Source of the DNA: Octopus vulgaris | Lineage: Eukaryota | Assembly: GCA_951406725.2 (NCBI GenBank) | Contig: OX597832.1 | Coordinates: 1,240,001-1,304,000 of the forward strand | Length of the DNA: 64,000 nucleotides | Direction of reading: 5' to 3' | Part shown: positions 60,790 to 64,000 of the stretch, in pieces | Layout of the letters: each line of letters starts with the position of its first letter | Numbering within the stretch: position 1 is the stretch's first letter | Notes under the pieces: generated by a model | The model's database searches: none | What the model was told of the DNA's origin: nothing | Seen by the model: the letters and a program-made list of their open reading frames with translations, nothing else | Made by a program: the position numbers and the translations under genes

Positions 60790-62090
60790 CCTTCACATTC
60801 TCAAAACAAAAAGAGGAAGGTGTAATATCGACCATTGATGAGGTGAATTCAAACTCAGCAATGGACCCTGATGGATTTCCAGCTGTTATTTTAAAGGCAT
60901 GCAAGGCATACTTCTAAAGACATACTTTTCAGAGTTTTCTTGCATGTGGTAAACTTCTGAAAATGTTAAAAGAAGGTACAATATACTCTGACCATAAAGG
61001 AGGAAGCATTATAAATGCTAAAAATTACAGGCTTACCTCTCTGACTTTACATGCTAGCAAAGTCATAGAACATATTGTCAGAAGGAGGTTGATCACATTC
61101 TGAGAAGAAAATAGCTTGCTCACAAACATGCAGAATGGCTTCTGTTCATACAGTTACCACAGCCACTCAAATGTGGATGTAATATATCTTTAATTTGCCA
61201 AGGCTTTTGACAAAGTTAATCATGGGGTGATATGTCACAAACTGTATGATCTTAGTATTACTGGAAAACTAGGGGTGTGGCTGCATGACTTTTTAAAAGA
61301 TTGAAGTCAGACAGTTGCAGCCAATGGAGCTCTTTCTGAGGAGACACCAATTCTCAGCAGAGTCTCTCAGGGAACTGTACTGGGACCACTACAGTTTGTA
61401 GTGGCTCTCAGATATGCACTCAGACATACAGTCAGCCACTCTCATCAGTTATGCTGACTCAAAAACTGCAGAAAGACCTATATGCAATATACAAATTGAC
61501 TGATGAAAATAGCATGCAGTTCAATGCTGGAAAGTTTAGAATACTCAACTATTGGTTCACAAATAGGCTGCAATTGGAATGCACAGGATCAGGGTGTAGT
61601 GCAATCCCAGAGTCAGGCTTTGTGTATGACCTGGAAATCCACATGAGTAATGATGCAGCATTCCTATGTGCATATTACTGAGATGGCTACATTATGCAGG
61701 TGAGTGGCTGGCTGGATTATGAGATCATTCAGAACCAGGAGAAAGGATACCATGCAACTCTTATGGAGAACATTTTGTTTCTAAACTGCCTAAATTACTG
61801 CTTCCAACTGTTGTTGCCACAAAGCATCAAACTAACTGCAGAACTCAAATCAATCTAATGCCATTACACAGAGAATACAGACTTGGTGCAACAGATGAGC
61901 CACTGGGAAAGACTAAAAAAGTTGAGAATCTGCTCCCTTGAGAGAAGATGCAAAAGATATGTAGTGATATATGTATAGAAGATCCTGGATGGTTTAGGGA
62001 TTGAAAGCCATACCAATGACCAGACTGAATGTCACTGCATTGTACCAAAGAACCTATCCTCTCCATTTAGATTAGGGACACTACTGTAAC
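60790..62090 (+). mobile_element. Decayed CR1-clade LINE RT
   Basis: SAMDPDGFPAVILKAC, NYRLTSLT, VDVIYL*FAKAFDKVNHG, VSQGTVLGPL, SYAD. Confidence 0.85.
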
Positions 62091-62271
62091 ACATTATTTA
62101 CATTTGACAGATATTTATCCTCATCTTGTTTGTTGTTAACACAATGTTTCAGTTGATATACTCTCCAACCTTCATCAGGTGTCTTGGGGAACTTTCGAAC
62201 CTGGGTTCTCATTCCTAAGGTATTTTTCGTTGTTGTTGTTGTTGCTGTTGTTGTTGCTGTTGTTGTTGTTG

Positions 62272-62315
<44 letters not shown>

Positions 62316-63498
62316 TAGTTTTATTTTTATTTTTATAGCGTGCTTTCACTTCACTACCGAGCGCAGCTCTGTGTGCCTTGGGTATGTGCTGTGATTTGTT
62401 GTGATGCTCTGATGGTTATTGTATGGAAAGTGTTCTGCGTAGGATGTGTGCAGTGCCTAGTAGTGCAATTTTCTGTATGTTATATGTGTTTGTAAGTCCT
62501 GGTGTTTTTGTTATGTATTTGTCTGAATATTTTTTTATCATGCCTAATGCACCTACTATGATAGGAATTGTTTCTGTTTTCAGATTCCACATTCTAGTTA
62601 CCTCTATTTCCAGGTCTTTGTATTTTGAGAGTTTCTCCATTTCTTTTAGAGACACGTTGTCATCTGCCGGTACTGATACATCAATTAGAAAGCATTTGTT
62701 TTCTTCATGGTCTCTGACAACTATATCTGGTCTGTTGGCCTTAATTTCTCTATCTGTGTGTATCGGCATATCCCAGAGTATGGTTGCTTTCTCGTTTTCT
62801 GTGACCTTTTCTGGTGTGTGCCTATACCATCTTTTTTCTGTTATTATTCCATAATGTTGGCATAGCTTCCAATGTATGTAAGTTCCAACTCTGTCATGTC
62901 TGTGAATATATTCCTTCTTAGCCAGGACTGGGCAGCTAGAGATAATATGATTTATTGTTTCTTGTCCATCTCCACATATTCTGCAGTTACTTGTAATATT
63001 TCTTTTCATTACATGTTTTTGGTAATTTCTGGTGGGGAGGCTTTGGTCTTGTGCTGCAATTAAAAATCCCTCTGTTTCTGCTTTGAGTCCTGAGCTTCTC
63101 AACCATTGCTGGGATTTTTCTTTGTCTATTTCTTTTGCGTTTAGTTTAGTCCAGTATTTACCATGAAGGGGCTTTTCTTGCCATCGTTTTATCATGGTTC
63201 GTTGCTGTTCTATTTTTAGTTTGGATTTCATTTTTTTTATAGCTTTTGTTGTTTCTTCATCTTCTTCTTCTTCATGTTTATTAGGTGGTATGATTTCTTG
63301 TTTGTATTTGTCAGCTTCCTTAAATACTGAGAACAGTTTTTTGTTTTGCTCGTGTTTTGCCGCTATCTGGATCAGTTTTCCTTCCGTCTGAAGTAGATAT
63401 TTTTGCAGTCCTATGGTGGTTATTTTATAGTAGTTTTCCAGCTGTATAAGGCCTCTACCACCTTCTATACGTTATTCTTCTTCTTCTTCTTCTTCTTC

Positions 63499-63540
<42 letters not shown>

Positions 63541-64000
63541 TCACTGACTGGAATCGAACTCAGAATCTTGGGGTTAGTAGCCCATGCTCTTAACACCATA
63601 TGCCCATTGGCAATTATGAAGTGAATTTTAGGGCTTATAAATCTAATATTTTCCTATCCTTCCTTAATACCGGTTCCCATATTTTGCTCAAATCTGCACT
63701 CAGTCTGCTTAGGAGGTTGATGTGTCCTAGCATATGTGCTGCTTCTTTTAGTTTTCGTATTTTCCAGTGGTGTTCTGTGTCTATTACTTTAACTTCATCC
63801 CACTGAGGGAGGTGGTCCCCATTTTTCCATACATGATCAGCTATACCAGATTTATCAATATCTCCCCATGTCACAGCTTTGCAATGTTTGTCTACCCTTA
63901 TTTTGAGGGGGCAGCATGTTTCGCCTTTGTATAACATACCACAGCTGCATGGGATGGAGTACACACAGTCTGTGGTCATATTCTCTTCTATTGGTGGTTT
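62090..64000 (-). mobile_element. PLE 3' end (GIY-YIG 63635-63979, tRNA-like segment, (TAA)n, hammerhead), split by a Dong-like LINE
   Basis: CVYSIPCSCGMLYKGET...SGIADHVW...RKLKEAAHM; 63500-63620 and 62090-62313 together rebuild the module seen at 9230-9500. Confidence 0.88.
62314..63455 (-). mobile_element. 5'-truncated R4/Dong-clade LINE (CCHC plus restriction-like endonuclease)
   Basis: Open frame from about 63445 to 62416: LHGKY, CRICGDGQETINHIISSC, YIHRHD, RPDIVV, LIDVSVP, EKLSKYKDL; flanked on both sides by (TAA)n. Confidence 0.92.

Overview
AT-rich, repeat-saturated animal genomic DNA. The SINE families and (TA)n/(TAA)n/(CA)n microsatellites suggest an octopus or other coleoid cephalopod (inference, not verified). 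Most of the window is nested, decayed transposable elements: Gypsy-like LTR elements; Tx1/L1, RTE, CR1 and R4/Dong LINEs; several Penelope-like element (PLE) families; tRNA-derived SINEs; Merlin (IS1595-like), hAT, mariner, pogo-like, Chapaev3-like and DUF4806-bearing DNA elements; and a small Helitron. Only one clean host exon is supportable, a 252-bp minus-strand CUB-like exon at 8883-9134. The most notable structures are: (1) several PLE-associated minimal hammerhead ribozyme motifs, including a family with a G3:C8 swap of the conserved C3:G8 pair in palindromic inserts; (2) a full-length Tx1-like LINE bracketed by ungapped 249-bp direct repeats, with a homolog of that repeat upstream of a second Tx1 copy; (3) a PLE terminal module combining a tRNA-like Pol III head, a (TAA)n tract and a hammerhead, parasitised by a Dong-like LINE and a SINE; (4) a splice-bounded exon-like segment inside a pogo-like element that was recopied into a PLE. 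All calls come from manual reading; no database searches were run and boundaries of decayed elements are approximate.
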